Below, piece by piece: positions 27,223-37,283 of a stretch of DNA of 64,000 nt. Both the position numbers and the translations under genes were made by a program. The DNA is taken from NCBI GenBank assembly GCA_030694965.1, contig JAUYTZ010000018.1, positions 303,757 to 367,756 on the forward strand. The letters are read 5' to 3'. A model generated the notes under the pieces. The model was not told where the DNA came from. It saw only the letters and a program-made list of their open reading frames with translations, and did no database searches. Source of the DNA: Candidatus Paracaedibacteraceae bacterium (GTDB taxonomy: Bacteria; Pseudomonadota; Alphaproteobacteria; Paracaedibacterales; CAIOTO01). Numbering within the stretch: position 1 is the stretch's first letter; every line of letters begins with the position of its first letter.

Positions 27223-29115
27223 TTAACCGTGTTTGTGATCATTATCATCTATGTTTGTAACTTCAGCATCTACAATATCATCTGATGCAGGTGCTGCGCC
27301 AGCTTCTTTTTGTGTTGCTTTGTAGACAGCCTCACCAATTTTCATTGATGACATTGTAAGTGTTTGAATTTTAGCTTTAATGTCTTCAAGATCTTCCGTT
27401 AAAAGAGCTTCTTTTAAAGACGTCATGTCTGCTTCAACGGCTGTTTTGTCTTCAGCTGCTATTTTGTCACCATGTTCAGTTAGTGACTTTTCTGTTGCAT
27501 GAATCATGCTGTCACCTTGGTTTTTTGCTTCGATGAGTTCACGGCGTGCTTTGTCTGCTTCAGCGTTTGCCTCAGCTTCTTGTACCATACTTTTGATTTC
27601 ATCTTCAGATAAACCACCAGATGCTTGAATGCGTATTTGATGTTCTTTATTTGTTGCTTTATCTTTTGCAGAAACTTGAACAATACCATTTGCGTCAATA
27701 TCAAACGTAACGTCGATTTGAGGTGTTCCACGTTGCGCTGGGGCAATGCCTTCAAGTTCAAATTGGCCAAGCATTTTGTTTTGAGCAGCCATTTCACGTT
27801 CACCTTGGAATACGCGTATGGTCACTGCTGTTTGGCCGTCTTCAGCTGTTGAAAATGTTTGACTTTTTCGTGTTGGAATTGTTGTGTTGCGATCGATCAA
27901 ACGTGTGAATAGCCCACCAAGTGTTTCAATACCTAAAGATAATGGTGTCACGTCAAGAAGCAACACATCTTTTACATCACCTTTTAATACACCGCCTTGA
28001 ATTGCAGCCCCAACAGCAACAACTTCATCAGGATTCACGCCACGATGCGGTTCACGACCAAAGAAATTTTTCACAGTTTCATGTACTTTTGGCATACGAA
28101 TCATACCGCCAACCATAATAACTTCATCGATTTGACTTGCTGTCACACCTGCATCGCGAAGAGCTGCTTTACATGGTTCCATTGTACGTTGAATAAGGTC
28201 ATCAACTAATGATTCAAACTTTGCACGTGTCAATTTAACATCAAGGTGCTTTGGACCAGATGCATCAGCTGTGATAAACGGTAGGTTAATATCTGTTTGA
28301 AGTGCAGTTGAAAGTTCGATTTTTGCTTTTTCAGCAGCTTCTTTTAAGCGTTGTAAAGCAAGCCTATCTTTGCGTAGATCAATGCCTTGTTCTTTTTTAA
28401 ATTCGTCTGCAACAAAATCAATAATACGTGCGTCGAAATCTTCACCACCAAGGAATGTATCCCCATTGGTTGATTTTACTTCAAAAACACCATCGCCAAT
28501 TTCAAGAATTGAAATATCAAACGTGCCGCCGCCAAGGTCGTAAACAGCAACTGTGCCAGACGCACGTTTTTCCATGCCATATGCAAGTGCAGCAGCTGTT
28601 GGTTCATTTAAAATACGCAGAACGTCAAGTCCAGCAATACGGCCAGCGTCTTTTGTTGCTTGACGCTGTGCATCATTAAAATATGCAGGAACAGTGATTA
28701 CTGCTTCAGTAACAGATTCGCCAAGATATGCTTCAGCTGTTTCTTTCATTTTTTGCAAAACGAAAGCGCTGATTTGGCTTGGACTATAATTCTCACCCCG
28801 TGCAGCAACCCATGCATCGCCTTTATCAGATTCAACGATTTTATAAGGAACAAGTCCCATATCTTTTTGTGTCATTGGATCTTTGAAACTACGACCAACT
28901 AAACGTTTAATTGCGAAAAGTGTGTTCTCTGGGTTTGTGATACCTTGGCGTTTTGCAGATTGTCCAACAAGGCGTTCGCCATTTTCACCAAAAGCTACGA
29001 TTGATGGTGTTGTGCGCGCACCTTCAACGTTTTCAATTACACGTGTGTTTGCGCCATCCATAACGGCAACGCAAGAGTTTGTTGTTCCAAGGTCAATACC
29101 GATTACTTTTCCCAT
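27223..29115 (-). CDS. dnaK: molecular chaperone DnaK (Hsp70)
   Basis: [21 protein letters not shown], and a full-length Hsp70 sequence. Confidence 0.98.
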   Translation of the reverse strand: MGKVIGIDLGTTNSCVAVMDGANTRVIENVEGARTTPSIVAFGENGERLVGQSAKRQGITNPENTLFAIKRLVGRSFKDPMTQKDMGLVPYKIVESDKGDAWVAARGENYSPSQISAFVLQKMKETAEAYLGESVTEAVITVPAYFNDAQRQATKDAGRIAGLDVLRILNEPTAAALAYGMEKRASGTVAVYDLGGGTFDISILEIGDGVFEVKSTNGDTFLGGEDFDARIIDFVADEFKKEQGIDLRKDRLALQRLKEAAEKAKIELSTALQTDINLPFITADASGPKHLDVKLTRAKFESLVDDLIQRTMEPCKAALRDAGVTASQIDEVIMVGGMIRMPKVHETVKNFFGREPHRGVNPDEVVAVGAAIQGGVLKGDVKDVLLLDVTPLSLGIETLGGLFTRLIDRNTTIPTRKSQTFSTAEDGQTAVTIRVFQGEREMAAQNKMLGQFELEGIAPAQRGTPQIDVTFDIDANGIVQVSAKDKATNKEHQIRIQASGGLSEDEIKSMVQEAEANAEADKARRELIEAKNQGDSMIHATEKSLTEHGDKIAAEDKTAVEADMTSLKEALLTEDLEDIKAKIQTLTMSSMKIGEAVYKATQKEAGAAPASDDIVDAEVTNIDDNDHKHG

Positions 29116-29245
29116 AGTGGACTCCTCTTAAAAATCATTTTTTAGCAGCATATCGCTGAGACTGCTAACAATATACTATTTGAAGATAAAAAAATCAAGA
29201 AAAGTATTTGCCTATAATGGTTCATTATGAAAGGTTTTGTTAGCT

Positions 29246-29746
29246 TTAAGAAATGCTGGTTTGTTGATGACGACTGTCATTTTCTGCTAAATCTTTTATA
29301 AGCGACAAGCACTTTTTCTGGTTATTCGAGGCTAGTAATTTACATGCTTCTTCATAAGTAGCCCATTGATACTCACTATGTAGGCGACGATTTATTTCTA
29401 TGTGTTTTGAATTTAACTTAGCGGCAGCGCATGGCACCATAAGAATGCTCTCGTAATGTTCATCGTAAAACGTATTGATAAAATCAAGCTTATAAACATA
29501 ATGAGGGATTTGGCCGGTTTTTGATTGCACCTGACTAACAAATGCATCTTTTATTCTTTCGTTTTCTTTAATTTTTCCCGATACAGCTTGCCAGTCACAT
29601 GGAAGGGGGACATTGTCTTTTCTCTTTAGCAAAAGAAAATAAATTTCACCTTGATCATTAATTATGTAGGGATAAACATCTACATACAAAATAATAGGAT
29701 GTTTAATAATTGATTTAAATTTCTCAAGGGGATGTGAAAAAATCAT
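29246..29746 (-). CDS. Nudix-fold protein with degenerate Nudix box
   Basis: WQAVSGKIKENERIKDAFVSQVQSKTG aligns to GX5EX7REUXEEXGU, but the REx2EE glutamates are replaced (SQVQSK). Confidence 0.45.
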   Translation of the reverse strand: MIFSHPLEKFKSIIKHPIILYVDVYPYIINDQGEIYFLLLKRKDNVPLPCDWQAVSGKIKENERIKDAFVSQVQSKTGQIPHYVYKLDFINTFYDEHYESILMVPCAAAKLNSKHIEINRRLHSEYQWATYEEACKLLASNNQKKCLSLIKDLAENDSRHQQTSIS

Positions 29747-29748
29747 GC

Positions 29749-30117
29749 TTAATCTATTGATTTACTAACCATGGAGCCGAGTTTTCCCCCACCTAGAATA
29801 TGTATGTGATAATGAGGAACTTCTTGCCCACCATTAATGCCGCAATTGCTAATTTGGCGAAATCCTGTTTTATGAAGGTCTAGTATTTCTGTTACTTTTG
29901 CGACGCCTTTATAAAAACCAACTATTTCTTCCTCGGACGCATTTTTATTGAAATCGTGTGCATCTGTAAATGCTCCCTTTGGAATAATAAGTGCATGTAC
30001 GGGGGCAAGTGGGGTAATCGTATAAAATGCTAAAAAATTAGCGTCTTCACATATTTTTTTACAAGGAAGTTCTTCGCGCAGGATGCGTGCAAAAATGTTG
30101 GTCGTGTCATAAGACAT
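29749..30117 (-). CDS. HIT (histidine triad) family nucleotide hydrolase
   Basis: C-terminal HYHIHILGG triad and about 120 aa length. Confidence 0.9.
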   Translation of the reverse strand: MSYDTTNIFARILREELPCKKICEDANFLAFYTITPLAPVHALIIPKGAFTDAHDFNKNASEEEIVGFYKGVAKVTEILDLHKTGFRQISNCGINGGQEVPHYHIHILGGGKLGSMVSKSID

Positions 30118-30218
30118 AAAAATTAATCCTAATTTTTTTTAATTTAATCTTTGCAAGAACATATTACAAGTATCAAACAACAACAAAAAGATATTGTGTG
30201 ATATTTTTTTGAAATTAT

Positions 30219-30986
30219 TTAGCGTTCTTTTAAAATATTAAGCGCTTCGCCATTTCTTAAAACAGATTCCGCTTCAGGCGTAAATTTTCCGTCTTCTTGG
30301 TGCAAAACCATGCCGGGCATAAGCCTAAGTGTACCACTCGAGTTCTTTACGCCACGAACAAGTATGCGTTTTGCTGATTTATGTTTACCAGGCCATAATG
30401 GATAGACAACGATGTCGCCTAACTTTCCAGAAAAATACGTTAAGATTTCAGGCAAACGATCAGCACGATAGATGAATGTCACTGTACCTTTTGGTTTGAC
30501 CATGAGTAAGCAAAACTTTGCCCATTGGTCAAGATCAGCTGTGCTTTCGTGATTAGCAGTTGCTTTCATAGGGTTTGTTGATAAGCGTCCACGTGCAGCT
30601 TCAAGGTAGGGAGGATTTGCCATAACATGGGTAAATGTGCCTGCTGCAAGTCTTGGAGGGGGGGATAATAAGTCGCCGTGAAGCACTTCAACGCGATCAC
30701 GCAAATTATTTAAATTGACATTATCAACAGAATATCGAACATGTTCACGTAAAAGCTCAACGGCTGTTATTTTGATATCATCACGACGTGTTGCCAAACA
30801 AAGGGATGCTGCCCCAACTCCAGCACCTACATCTAAAATTGTATGACCAGGTCCAACGTCAATAGAAGCTGCTAGAAAGATAGGATCGATGGCTACGCGG
30901 TAACCTTCGCGCGGTTGACGTATTAAAATACGACCGCCAAGCAAGAAATCTTCGGTATAAACCGACTCAATTGATGTATCTGTCAT
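30219..30986 (-). CDS. SAM-dependent N6-adenine-type methyltransferase (TrmN6/YfiC-like)
   Basis: SAM motif ILDVGAGVGA and catalytic NPPY (MANPPY). The ATG at 30986 is preferred; an A10 run lies just upstream. Confidence 0.75.
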   Translation of the reverse strand: MTDTSIESVYTEDFLLGGRILIRQPREGYRVAIDPIFLAASIDVGPGHTILDVGAGVGAASLCLATRRDDIKITAVELLREHVRYSVDNVNLNNLRDRVEVLHGDLLSPPPRLAAGTFTHVMANPPYLEAARGRLSTNPMKATANHESTADLDQWAKFCLLMVKPKGTVTFIYRADRLPEILTYFSGKLGDIVVYPLWPGKHKSAKRILVRGVKNSSGTLRLMPGMVLHQEDGKFTPEAESVLRNGEALNILKER

Positions 30987-31075
30987 AATTTTTTTTTTCC
31001 TTATTTCAGAATTCATTTTAATCAGTTAAAGTTATCTGTCAAACACTGAATTTTTTTGAATTGAAATTTTTGCTT

Positions 31076-32095
31076 ATGAAATCCGTTATAGATCCATTAA
31101 CACAACTTCACACTTTATTAAATGCTAACATGAAAACGTTGAACGGAGTTCTATTAACGTGTCTTAAAAGCGAAGTTTCTTTAGTATCAAAAGTTACTGA
31201 GCATTTGGTGAAAGCGGGCGGCAAGCGTATACGACCAATGTTAACGTTGGCAAGTCAGCGTTTGTTTGGTGAGTTGAAGCAAGATAGTCTTTATTTGGGG
31301 GTTGCTGTTGAGCTGATTCACACCGCAACTTTATTGCATGATGATGTTGTTGATAATTCAAATTTGAGAAGAGGCCTTGAAACGGCAAATATTCTTTGGG
31401 GTAACTCGATGAGCGTTTTGGCTGGTGACTTTCTATTTTCTCGAGCGTTTCAGTCAATGGTCGCTGCAGAAACAAAGGGAGTTATGAAAGTTATGGCGGA
31501 TGCTTTGGCACTTATTGCCGAGGGTGAAGTATTGCAACTGGCACAAAGTCAGCAAATTAACCTTGATTATGATACATACCTTAGAATTGCTGAATCCAAA
31601 ACAGCTGTATTATTTGATGCAGCGTGTAAAGTTGGTGGAATGATAGCTGGTGCTTCTGTTGATCAGTGCCAGTTGTTGTCATCTTATGGGCGCAATTTAG
31701 GTCTAGCGTTTCAAATTACAGATGATATTTTTGATTACTTTCCCTCTGATAACTACGGAAAAAAACCAGGCGAAGATTTTTTTGAAGGTAAAGTGACTTT
31801 GCCAATTATTGTTGCCTTAAAAACGCTTGTAGACACAAAGTGGTTAAAATCATTATTTGAACCTAATGCCATACGCACACAAGCTGATTTTAAGCGTGTT
31901 TGCACGTTATTTGCTGGAGGAGGTGTGTTTGATGCGTGTGTTGATCTTGCCTTCTCATTTGCGAAGGTCGCACGTGAAGCTGTTGCTGTTCTACCTCCGT
32001 CTCCGATACGAAATGTTATGGAGCAAATACCGAATTATGTGGTTGCTCGTGTTGTGGAGCATTGCATGGCTGTTCCCTTTTCTGCGCAAGCTTAG
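31076..32095 (+). CDS. ispB: polyprenyl (octaprenyl) diphosphate synthase
   Basis: First and second Asp-rich motifs LLHDDVVD and QITDDIFD. Confidence 0.88.
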   Translation: MKSVIDPLTQLHTLLNANMKTLNGVLLTCLKSEVSLVSKVTEHLVKAGGKRIRPMLTLASQRLFGELKQDSLYLGVAVELIHTATLLHDDVVDNSNLRRGLETANILWGNSMSVLAGDFLFSRAFQSMVAAETKGVMKVMADALALIAEGEVLQLAQSQQINLDYDTYLRIAESKTAVLFDAACKVGGMIAGASVDQCQLLSSYGRNLGLAFQITDDIFDYFPSDNYGKKPGEDFFEGKVTLPIIVALKTLVDTKWLKSLFEPNAIRTQADFKRVCTLFAGGGVFDACVDLAFSFAKVAREAVAVLPPSPIRNVMEQIPNYVVARVVEHCMAVPFSAQA

Positions 32096-32224
32096 CGTAT
32101 TTTGTCTAGGCTTACGTCAAATGTTTGTGAAAAAGACTACCTTTTAATAATTAAAACTGCCATTTGCTAATTTTTCTTCTTCTCTTTATAATCTAGCCTA
32201 TCTTAAAAAAAGATTTTATACAAA

Positions 32225-33367
32225 ATGACATCAAACTTTTCTCTTTATATTCATTGGCCTTTTTGTGAATCAAAGTGCCCTTATTGTGATTTTAATAGTC
32301 ATGTGCTCAGAACTATTTCTGAAGAAATGTGGATCAAAGCCATTATTGATGAAATGCAGCGAACCTATGCGTTGATGCGGCCCGCTACCCTTTGTAGTAT
32401 CTTTTTTGGAGGTGGGACGCCGTCATTGATGTCGCCTGAAGCTGTTTTGGCTGTAATTAATGCAGCAACAACTCTATGGCCTGTATCTTCAGCACTTGAA
32501 ATATCAATGGAAGCAAATCCTGGATCTGTTGAGGCGGCTCGCTTTGCTGGATATAAGTTAGCAGGGGTGAATCGTTTGTCACTTGGTATTCAAGCGCTTA
32601 ATGACGATGATTTAAAGGCACTTGGACGAAAGCATAGCGTTGTTGAAGCTTTAAAGGCGCTAGAGATTGCACAAAACACATTTGATCGTGTTTCGTTTGA
32701 CTTAATCTATGCGCGTTCAAATCAAACGTATGCGCAATGGGAATCTGAACTTGCGTATGCTCTTTCATTTGGAACAGAGCATTTATCCTTGTATCAATTG
32801 ACAATTGAACCAGGCACAGCATTTTCAACATTGCATGCGCGTGGTGAATTGCTTATTCCTGAAGAAAATGAAGCCTATCATTTATTTAAATTAACACAAG
32901 AGATGACAGAAAAAGCTGGCCTTCCTGGGTATGAAGTATCCAATCATGCAAAGTTTGGGGCTGAGTGCCAGCATAATTTAACGTACTGGAACTACAATGA
33001 TTATGTCGGTGTAGGGCCTGGCGCTCATGGTCGGATTCATTTAAAAAATGGGCAGCGTATCGCAACTCAGCAAATCAAAGCCCCAGAGTTGTGGTATAAA
33101 GGTGTCTGTGAAAAGGGTGCAGGAGATCAGTCTGTTATTAATTTGACGGATACGGAACAGTTTCAAGAGCGATTATTGATGGGACTTCGCTTGAAAACAG
33201 GAATATCTATAGCTTCATTAGGAAGAGCATTTACATCGCTTGAAGAAGCGCGTTTGATTGTGCTTCGCACAGAAGGTCTGTTGCAAGATGATTCAAATGC
33301 ATTAATTTTAACGGAGAAAGGTGCGCTTGTTCAAAATGCTATTCTTCGGTACATATTGGCTGAATAA
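32225..33367 (+). CDS. hemW: radical SAM heme chaperone HemW (HemN-like)
   Basis: CxxxCxxC cluster motif CESKCPYCDF and GGGTPS. Confidence 0.88.
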   Translation: MTSNFSLYIHWPFCESKCPYCDFNSHVLRTISEEMWIKAIIDEMQRTYALMRPATLCSIFFGGGTPSLMSPEAVLAVINAATTLWPVSSALEISMEANPGSVEAARFAGYKLAGVNRLSLGIQALNDDDLKALGRKHSVVEALKALEIAQNTFDRVSFDLIYARSNQTYAQWESELAYALSFGTEHLSLYQLTIEPGTAFSTLHARGELLIPEENEAYHLFKLTQEMTEKAGLPGYEVSNHAKFGAECQHNLTYWNYNDYVGVGPGAHGRIHLKNGQRIATQQIKAPELWYKGVCEKGAGDQSVINLTDTEQFQERLLMGLRLKTGISIASLGRAFTSLEEARLIVLRTEGLLQDDSNALILTEKGALVQNAILRYILAE

Positions 33368-33397
33368 ATTAAAAAGTTGGTAGTAAGTGAGAACTAT

Positions 33398-34402
33398 ATG
33401 AAAAAAATTGTTGTTATTGGTGCTGGTGGATTTGGAACGGCGCTTGCGTTAACGTTCTTAAAAGCAGGACATAATGTAACGCTTAAACCCCGTCGTGAAG
33501 AGCATGCTGCAGAAATGCGATCAGCGGGTGAGAATCAGCAATACCTTAAAGGTATATCTTTCCCGAAGGAGCTGATGATAGACGCCGATCCTAAGTGTTT
33601 AAAATTAGCTGATATTGTAGTTGTTGCGACACCTGTTCAGCGTACACCTGAGATTTTAAATGAATATAAAAATGTATTGCCCCATGAAGTGCCTTTAATA
33701 ATAGCATCTAAAGGAATTTTAACGACTGATCCATTCAATACCCCTTTTATTAGTAGTTGGCTGAAAAAACATATGCCATCTCATCCTGTGTACGTTTTAT
33801 CTGGACCAAATTTTGCAAGTGAGATTGCACGTGGATTGCCGGCTGCAGCGACGTTGGCGCATTTTGATACAATGGCGGCTAAGGAAATGGCAATAACATT
33901 GTGGCATGAGCACTTTCGTATCTATCCATCAATAGATCAGTTAGGTGTTGAGTTTTGTGGGGCTGTAAAAAACGTATATGCCATTGCGTGTGGCATTTGT
34001 GTGGGGTTGAATTTAGGGCAAAATGCATTGGCAACTCTTGTAACGCGTGGTCTTGCTGAAATAAAACGTTTGGGAATACGGCAGGGTGCTCATGCAGATA
34101 CATTTTTAGGGTTATCGGGAGTTGGTGATTTAATGCTTACCTGCACAAGCACGCAATCGCGCAATATGACGTTAGGAATTGAGCTTGCTAAGGGACGTTC
34201 CGTCGCTGATATTATGGCAGAGCGTCATACAATCGCTGAAGGTGTTGCAACGTCAAAAGCATTACATGATTTGGTTAAAAAGTCAGATATTTCAATGCCA
34301 ATTGCAGCGGCAGTCTATCAAATTGTGCACGAAAATGAATCTGTAAAAGACGTCATATCAGGACTTTTAAGTCGTCATGAAGTTCGCTTTGAAGGCACAT
34401 AG
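33398..34402 (+). CDS. gpsA: NAD(P)H-dependent glycerol-3-phosphate dehydrogenase
   Basis: Rossmann motif VIGAGGFGTA, SKG, and GxVKNV (GAVKNVYAI). Confidence 0.9.
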   Translation: MKKIVVIGAGGFGTALALTFLKAGHNVTLKPRREEHAAEMRSAGENQQYLKGISFPKELMIDADPKCLKLADIVVVATPVQRTPEILNEYKNVLPHEVPLIIASKGILTTDPFNTPFISSWLKKHMPSHPVYVLSGPNFASEIARGLPAAATLAHFDTMAAKEMAITLWHEHFRIYPSIDQLGVEFCGAVKNVYAIACGICVGLNLGQNALATLVTRGLAEIKRLGIRQGAHADTFLGLSGVGDLMLTCTSTQSRNMTLGIELAKGRSVADIMAERHTIAEGVATSKALHDLVKKSDISMPIAAAVYQIVHENESVKDVISGLLSRHEVRFEGT

Positions 34403-35583
34403 TGGTTAAAATTGGTTGAAATTGGCATGTAATTTAAAACAACATCATAGCAGTTTTGTATTTAATAATTGAATTTTATGGAAAACTATTTAAGGCAGTG
34501 CCCAAGATTATGCGCGGAGGGGTGATATTAGCATTCAGTTCAGACGGATGAGTGGGCTCCTTCACTGCCTTAAAAATCAACTGACAACAAGAATGAAAAT
34601 GTAAGGTTAGGCGAATTATTCGTTGACGAAGCAATTAAACTTGCTGAAAAATTAGTTCACGTTGAATGTATTGAAGTTCATGCGTTTAAGTATTGTGAAG
34701 CAAAGCAAGTGGGTGATTGTGATGCTCAAAATTTTTGCAAAACAAAACCTAAAGAATTTAAAACCTAAGTTGAAGTACAATTAATGGCATGTATTGCGGC
34801 AAAGCGTGATCCGCATGCACGCAAAACTGGTCGCCCAGAGTATGCGTGTCCTACAAAGACGCCGATTTCATGGTGTTCAATTAATTCACCAAGCTGGAGA
34901 AAAAATTTTTATATCCGACCCAGAAAAAATAGAAAAAAGAATCGCTATGTGGATGCTTTTACGGACCTTAATGCGAAAATGGAATTTCACGAATACTTTT
35001 TTTGGTTTGAATGCGTACGCTAAAAGTCCTTAATAACATGGTGAAGCTACAGATGACTTTTTGAATCGTTAATCACCTATTTTCTTCATAATATCTACAC
35101 TACATTGATGTATAATACACGTTATTAATTTATTATTTTTTGTATTATATTTTTATTATATGTGATTTTCATGTATATAAAATTTAAAAATATGAGAATA
35201 TTTAAATTTTTTTTTGTATTTTTTGTATTGAGGTATTCAAAATAATTTTGTATGTTGTTGAACTATTAAAAATAAATTGATGTGTTTAAGCGTTTTAAAA
35301 AACAAAAATATTTATATATTGAATATAAAATAATTTTTAATGCGTTATAAACATAAACAGGAAAATAAATAAAACATGTGTGCCTATAAATTTTTTTATC
35401 CATATTAATTTCTGGTGTTTGGTTAACATCTACAACCGTTCAATCTATGAAGCAATTTGATATTGATGTGCCTGTTGTTGCAGCAGGTTTATCAAATAAG
35501 CATGCATATGAAAGTAAATCATTATATATAGATAATGAAATAAAGAAGCCTCTTAACAAAAAAGTTGAAATTATTTTAATACT

Positions 35584-36189
35584 TTGAAAAAAGAGAGATG
35601 TAATCATTGCCGCCGTACTGCTGTTTCAGATGGCATATCCTGTTTAGGTAATTCCTTAATACCTATTGAGCAACAAATAGAGATAAGCCTTCATGCTTTA
35701 GATCTTTATTCTTTAACTTCTGACTATCAAGTATGTGCTGCTCTCGATTTTGTATTTCCGTTTTTATGGGATGAAAAAGTGATTCTTGCGAAAAAAGCAC
35801 ATATTTCTATTTGTATTTTAAAGCTACCCGAACTGCATGAATATTATCATGAATATTATAAAAGTTGGTCTTTCTATTTTTTATCTGAGTTTCTAGGTGA
35901 TACAAATACAAATCTTGACAAGAGACTTTCCGTTGCTCGAGATATGTTAACTATTCCCGCTTTAGTTAAACGCAATACAAGAATAGAAAAAATTATAAAA
36001 AAAATTATAAAGGAATCAAATGAGCGAGAGGAATTAAGTGAGCCAGAGGAATCAAGTGAACCAGAGGAATCTTATATGGTTATATTTGCTCCTATCACCA
36101 CAGAAGAGAATAAAGAAACAGAAAGGGATACCTCAAAAAAAAGAAAAAATGATGCGGATTCAAACATAGGCAAAAAAAAGAAAAAATGA
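35584..36189 (+). CDS. hypothetical protein with acidic SEPEES repeat and basic C-terminal tail
   Basis: ORF only, with a TTG start. ELSEPEESSEPEES, then KKRKNDADSNIGKKKKK at the C-terminus. An out-of-frame 47-codon ORF (35447-35587) abuts it, so it may be a pseudogene. Confidence 0.35.
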   Translation: MKKERCNHCRRTAVSDGISCLGNSLIPIEQQIEISLHALDLYSLTSDYQVCAALDFVFPFLWDEKVILAKKAHISICILKLPELHEYYHEYYKSWSFYFLSEFLGDTNTNLDKRLSVARDMLTIPALVKRNTRIEKIIKKIIKESNEREELSEPEESSEPEESYMVIFAPITTEENKETERDTSKKRKNDADSNIGKKKKK

Positions 36190-36230
36190 GAATAGCGATT
36201 ATTGTGTGATCGGACATAAGCGAGTGTTCT

Positions 36231-36516
36231 GGCATAAGCGGACGAAATCTGCAATAGAAATTCAGATTTGTAAATCTTATGAATATTCACACATTAAATG
36301 ATGTTCTTTTTATCTGAGAGGCTAAAGAATTATTGAATTTATTATAAATCTTTCCTGTTAGGCAAGGTCAAACTTTTGATCCAATTGTTTCTTCTAAAAC
36401 TTGAAACAAGACCGCTCTTTTTTTACGTCTCTTGTTTTAATCAATAATTCTAAAACAAATTTTTTTATTAGATTTGCAAATCTGAATTTCCATTGCAGAT
36501 TTCGTCCGCTTATGCC
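36231..36516. repeat. MITE-like element: 46-bp terminal inverted repeats flanking a 194-bp AT-rich core
   Basis: 36231-36276 (ggcataagcggacgaaatctgcaatagaaattcagatttgtaaatc) matches the reverse complement of 36471-36516 in 44/46 positions (two transitions). No ORF lies inside. Confidence 0.75.
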
Positions 36517-36889
36517 AAGTTAGCCTTCATCGTAATATTTAGCTTGTGCATTATAATAAGATGCCTTGGCGCTCGTGTGATAAAGTGCCTTTATATTAAT
36601 CTTCCTTGAATTTTTTAGTATGATTCATAATCGCCCTGGCAGCATCTTCAGGGCATAAATTACCCACCACTTTTATCTCAAAAAAATATGGATGAGAGAT
36701 TGAATGTAGAGGGCTCATATCTTCAGAATCCATTGGATTGGTAGACTTCCGTCTCTTTCTTCTTTTTGGCTAAGTTAGATGTTTTAAATGCTGATCTTTA
36801 TTAATTAACGTCAGTTCGATGTAATGGAATATGAGACCTATTGATTTTTAAGGCGTGGAATCATAAAATTCTTTGAAATTAAGACAATT

Positions 36890-37240
36890 TTGAAGAAAAA
36901 GATGATTTCACTAACAGAAATATTCTGCCATATTGATGATTTTTGGAAGCATTTTAACGCCCAGATAAACCCATATTTATTGCCCAATCCAAATCGTAAA
37001 CGTAACCGTCCAGGTAAAATGAGTTTTTCGGAAATCATGACGATTGTTGTGAGGTTTCAATTGAGTCATTATCGTACGTTAAAAGATTTTTACTTAAATT
37101 GTATGTTGATTCAATACCGCAAAGAATTCCCCAATTATGTAATACAACTGATTTGTTGAGCTTATATTGCATATACTCATGCCTCTCGTGTATTCTTATT
37201 GTTTTTCCTGGTCCAAGAGACAGGTAAATACTTCATCGAT
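36890..37240 (+). pseudogene. IS982-family transposase, N-terminal fragment (truncated and disrupted)
   Basis: TEIFCHIDDFWKHF...RKRNRPGKMSFSEIMTIVVRFQLSHYRTLKDFY...FPNYV matches the IS982-family N-terminus as I recall it. After a stop, ...ETGKYFIDK resembles the TGIxFIDST block. The catalytic region is absent. Confidence 0.6.
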
Positions 37241-37247
37241 AAATAAT

Positions 37248-37283
37248 AAAAAAAGCCTCGGCATAAACCGAGGCTTTTTTTAT
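37248..37283. terminator. bidirectional rho-independent terminator (ends the pdh operon)
   Basis: aaaaaaa-gcctcgg-cataaa-ccgaggc-ttttttt. Confidence 0.8.

Noticed and set aside
27504-29131. Eight short ORFs inside or antisense to dnaK, and similar ones in dnaJ and pdhABC (38034-40557)
   Set aside because: They overlap highly conserved genes on the opposite strand or in other frames, with no independent support.
29142-29190. Possible sigma32-type promoter (cttga...tatat on the minus strand) and a 7-bp hairpin (ttagcag/ctgctaa) in the dnaK leader
   Set aside because: The spacing and the -10 match are poor in very AT-rich DNA, and I found no CIRCE-like inverted repeat. It cannot be supported without TSS data.
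34784-35033. Two mutually overlapping 79-codon ORFs
   Set aside because: At most one can be real and neither has a motif I can name. They are treated as possible gene remnants within the decayed locus rather than annotated CDSs.
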